A stretch of 64,000 nt of DNA, taken from contig JBDRKX010000047.1 in NCBI GenBank assembly GCA_043813605.1, forward strand, positions 53,539 through 117,538, given 5' to 3'. Source of the DNA: Elusimicrobiota bacterium. Lineage in GTDB: Bacteria > CG03 > SLGR01 > JBDRKX01. Positions 61,575 to 64,000 of the stretch are shown in pieces. Position 1 is the first letter of the stretch. Each line of letters starts with the position of its first letter. The notes under the pieces are model-generated. The model did no database searches. It was not told where the DNA came from and was given only the letters and a program-made list of their open reading frames with translations. A program made the translations under genes and the position numbers.

Positions 61575-61591
61575 TTCTGTTTAAAATACAT

Positions 61592-61630
61592 AAAAAAAAC
61601 CCGCACTCTGTTCATCTTAAAACAAAGTGC
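61592..61630 (-). terminator. Rho-independent terminator read on the minus strand: 8-bp GC-rich stem CCCGCACT/AGTGCGGG, 18-nt loop, followed by an 8-T tract
   Basis: + strand aaaaaaaacccgcactctgttcatcttaaaacaaagtgcgggttt. On the + strand only TTT follows the stem, so it is effectively unidirectional. It ends 18 nt before the giant ORF start codon. Confidence 0.7.
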
Positions 61631-62163
61631 GGGTTTACGTTCGGGCACACAGCCCACCCGTAAATACCTCTTATGGGATTAATATCATACTCATCTGACC
61701 TGTTTACAATGCATTTTTGCAGCGGATTCAGGAATCTTAGAGACCACCACTGATAAAACTTCAGTTTAGGCAAGATGAGCACCTCCAGGTCTCTCTTCTT
61801 CATGCTGATTTCTCTGACTGCTATTCCTACAAAACATATCAGCATCAGAAGTATACTCTTATCGCCGGAAATGATTATGGTACTTATTATGTATGCCATA
61901 AACCCCGCGAACTTCCTGCTTTCTTTGCGTTGTTCAGGAACAGTCGGTATCTTTTTCTTAGCAGTAACAGGGTTAAACATCCTTTTTGCCATCCGGTCCA
62001 CTTCAAAGACCGCACGGGAACAATAGTTGGAATTTTTTATGATTATTGATATGTGGTTACTGTAGTTTCTGTAGGACTGCAGTATTCCCATAAATGAGAA
62101 TATTACAACGACTCCCCCCGCAATAATGCTGAAAAATACTTTTCTTTTAGCGAAAAAAGACAT
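61612..62163 (-). CDS. Hypothetical small membrane protein (183 aa, two hydrophobic helices); may not be a real gene
   Basis: Track ORF. Hydrophobic segments SIIAGGVVVIFSFMGIL and YIISTIIISG...LLMLICFVGIAV. The TGA stop at 61614-61612 falls inside the terminator hairpin loop. No recognisable domain. Confidence 0.35.
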   Translation of the reverse strand: MSFFAKRKVFFSIIAGGVVVIFSFMGILQSYRNYSNHISIIIKNSNYCSRAVFEVDRMAKRMFNPVTAKKKIPTVPEQRKESRKFAGFMAYIISTIIISGDKSILLMLICFVGIAVREISMKKRDLEVLILPKLKFYQWWSLRFLNPLQKCIVNRSDEYDINPIRGIYGWAVCPNVNPHFVLR

Positions 62164-62280
62164 AAATCCCCATTAACTAATAATTAAAAAAATTATTAAT
62201 AGTCACACGTGATATATATAATCATACCAGTTGAATATGAAATTAATGTGAAACCCTTTCTCCCCCCGCCGGATTTCGTT
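62164..62280 (-). promoter_or_regulatory. AT-rich intergenic region containing a perfect 21-bp palindrome TAATAATTAAAAAAATTATTA (62172-62192) just upstream of the small ORF start; also a CACGTG palindrome
   Basis: Seen directly in the sequence. No -35/-10 assignment attempted. Confidence 0.3.
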
Positions 62281-64000
62281 TTACGTCGCTTCTACCATTG
62301 ACCTGATATTGTTAAGGTTTTCAAAGAGTCTGCTTTCCTGCTTGCGACTTATTATATTATTAACATATACGAACATATTTTTCAATACCTCAAGCATTGA
62401 ATCGTCTCTCTGTTCGCCCAGAGCATACGCCGCAATTTTATCTAACCTGCCCTGTGTGGTTATCATTGCCAGGGATGTGGGAGTCACAGGTATTCCGACG
62501 ACAGAATTACCCAGTCTCCTTATGAGGTCTACAAACCGTTCCATTCTCTCTTTTTTCTCCTTGATAGGTTTCTTTATTTCTTTGGGAGCGCTTGTTCCCC
62601 TTGCCGTGGGATCGACTACCCTCTTCTGGCCCAGGAAGAACTGCTCATTGAGTTTCTGGACTTTTTCATAAACTATTTCCATAGTTTCAGGCCTGAATCC
62701 TTTAAGCCTGTCCGTTACATGCCATTTCAACATAGTATCATCTCCAAGAAACCCTGCTGAATAGGCTTCAAACCATAGCGTGTAAGGCGCTATTTCATCC
62801 TTATTTATTCCATATGTTGCCATTTTGGACTCAAATATATCGTCTGAAAATTTACCGTTTTCATCTTCACTCATCCTAAACAGCGCATGCAGTTTAATTG
62901 CCTTAATAGCCATAGATGGATTAGCCTCATAGAGGCCTGTTAGTCTACGAACTGTCATGCTGTCTATAACAAGCCGACCCTCATCAGCCAAATAATAGCT
63001 CTTTGAACCGGTCTCTATGCTGTTCAGGCCTGTATTCATCTCCATCAGCGCATTTTTAAGATTGTCAAAATAAAGCTGTTTGTTCCATAGCGGTTTTACC
63101 TTGTTATCAAATGTCTTTACAGGTATATCTTCGGCATGACTGCCTCTTATCAGATCGCCGTTCTCATGCTTGAGGATATGCCTCAAAGCTGTCTTTTCGG
63201 CGTATGAAGTCACGTTAAACAGCGTGTTTATGTGCATATATATCGAATTCGAGCCCGCATGGCTCAACACCCTGCCGGCTGAGAATTCATCATTATGAGT
63301 CAACAGGACGACAAGACGCCTGTTCTGGAGCGTCGGTTGAGCCAGCATATTAACAGGAATATTAAAGAATCCAATCAGGCCGTTCAATATCCTGCTGATA
63401 AATACGCTGACCGGTGATCTTCTGGCTGTTCCGTCAAGCAGTTTGAGCATCGCTTTAAGATGATCCTTATCGGCAGTTTTCAGGTATCCGGCAAGTTCTT
63501 CTCTTGCCGCTTCTCTGGCGCTGTAACTGTCGTATTCAAAAGCGTTCAATAGGTTGCCAGCTATCTGATTACGGTCACCCCTGAACATATTATCTATCTG
63601 ATCCTTCTTAAGTCCCGGACGGAGCCCTATGGAAAGACCGGATTCTATTCCCTGGCTGATATCCGTGTTTACGGTACCTACAGCAACACCGGGTTTCATG
63701 AGGTTTTTGTCATCTACCATCAGTGAAAGGTATTTTATAAGATCCTGAGCTTTTGTTGTCAGGTCTGGCTGTTCTATATCAGCCAGATTGATCTCAAGCG
63801 CTCTCTGCATGAGTACCTGTACCAGTTCAGGTACCGAGAAACCACGCATATCTTCCTGGCTCACGGATATGACTCCTGCTCTCTGTACCGGTCTTTCCTC
63901 AAAAACAAAGGATGAGTTCTCCAACACTGACTTAATATCGATTATACTGCCGAATTCTTCCGGCACTTCCATATTATTTGCTATAAACACCCTGTCTATA
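62281..64000 (-). CDS. C-terminal part (at least 570 aa) of a large protein, open at the 5' end at the window edge. It carries the same KNLMKxGV...LVVLL...GRVLxHxG...SIYxHxN...LxHExxD module found three times in the giant ORF
   Basis: Track ORF 62281..63990. The frame stays open through 63991-64000 (codons IDR...). TAA stop at 62283-62281. Motif KNLMKPGV at about 63715-63690 and RRLVVLLTHNDEFSAGRVLSHAGSNSIYMHIN downstream of it. Confidence 0.8.
   Translation of the reverse strand, partial: IDRVFIANNMEVPEEFGSIIDIKSVLENSSFVFEERPVQRAGVISVSQEDMRGFSVPELVQVLMQRALEINLADIEQPDLTTKAQDLIKYLSLMVDDKNLMKPGVAVGTVNTDISQGIESGLSIGLRPGLKKDQIDNMFRGDRNQIAGNLLNAFEYDSYSAREAAREELAGYLKTADKDHLKAMLKLLDGTARRSPVSVFISRILNGLIGFFNIPVNMLAQPTLQNRRLVVLLTHNDEFSAGRVLSHAGSNSIYMHINTLFNVTSYAEKTALRHILKHENGDLIRGSHAEDIPVKTFDNKVKPLWNKQLYFDNLKNALMEMNTGLNSIETGSKSYYLADEGRLVIDSMTVRRLTGLYEANPSMAIKAIKLHALFRMSEDENGKFSDDIFESKMATYGINKDEIAPYTLWFEAYSAGFLGDDTMLKWHVTDRLKGFRPETMEIVYEKVQKLNEQFFLGQKRVVDPTARGTSAPKEIKKPIKEKKERMERFVDLIRRLGNSVVGIPVTPTSLAMITTQGRLDKIAAYALGEQRDDSMLEVLKNMFVYVNNIISRKQESRLFENLNNIRSMVEAT

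Noticed and set aside
85-60731. All + strand ORFs in the supplied track across 85-61500, such as 85..540, 1600..2217, 8263..8799, 15178..15711, 25777..26379, 30342..31172, 57459..58085 and 60192..60731
   Set aside because: They lie antisense to a continuously coding minus-strand frame. Their translations are low-complexity (S/F/I/L/R-rich) with no domain signatures, which is typical of shadow ORFs of an AT-rich coding strand.
1-61574. Possibility that the minus-strand coding region is several adjacent genes rather than one ORF
   Set aside because: Nine independent frame anchors all share the same frame, no in-frame stops were found where sampled, and no candidate internal start or RBS contexts were noticed. 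Hand analysis cannot fully exclude a frameshift or short gap, so confidence is 0.8 rather than higher.
61775-62026. + strand 83-aa ORF in the inter-gene region
   Set aside because: Antisense to the candidate small minus ORF. Hydrophobic low-complexity translation with no support.
61612-62163. Treating the small minus ORF as confidently real
   Set aside because: It has no recognisable domain, its stop codon lies inside the terminator loop, and it could be a spurious ORF within a long regulatory or leader region. Kept only as a low-confidence feature.
1-64000. CRISPR arrays, rRNA/tRNA genes, IS elements and integrases
   Set aside because: No regularly spaced direct repeats, no tRNA-like or rRNA-like conserved stretches, and no transposase or integrase motifs were encountered in either strand's translations.

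Overview
The window is dominated by a single giant minus-strand ORF. It begins at an ATG at 61574, immediately preceded by an in-frame TAA, and runs without an in-frame stop to window position 1, so it is at least 20,524 codons and the 3' end is truncated by the window. I back-translated by hand. Reading frame was checked at nine widely spaced anchors (61572, 54000, 48402, 40620, 29571, 22302, 16692, 11661, 3), all with + triplets starting at positions = 0 mod 3. Stop codons were additionally checked in three sampled 60-nt blocks (1-120, 30000-30059, 45000-45059). The supplied ORF track omits this ORF; the many short, S/F/I/L-rich + strand ORFs it lists are antisense shadows of it. The predicted protein is a mosaic of dozens of recognisable enzyme modules: carbohydrate-active, phosphoesterase, kinase-like, sugar transferase, peptidase-like and HD, with transmembrane stretches and several internally repeated modules. 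Upstream of it (higher coordinates, same strand) are a rho-independent terminator, a possible small membrane-protein ORF, an AT-rich intergenic region with a perfect 21-bp palindrome, and the C-terminal 570 aa of another large protein. That upstream protein carries the same repeat module found three times inside the giant. No rRNA, tRNA, CRISPR or mobile elements were seen. The sequence is moderately AT-rich with a bacterial, low-GC codon style (ATA, AGA and AGG common). The architecture resembles the giant multi-enzyme genes reported in some uncultivated bacterial lineages; that comparison is inference only.
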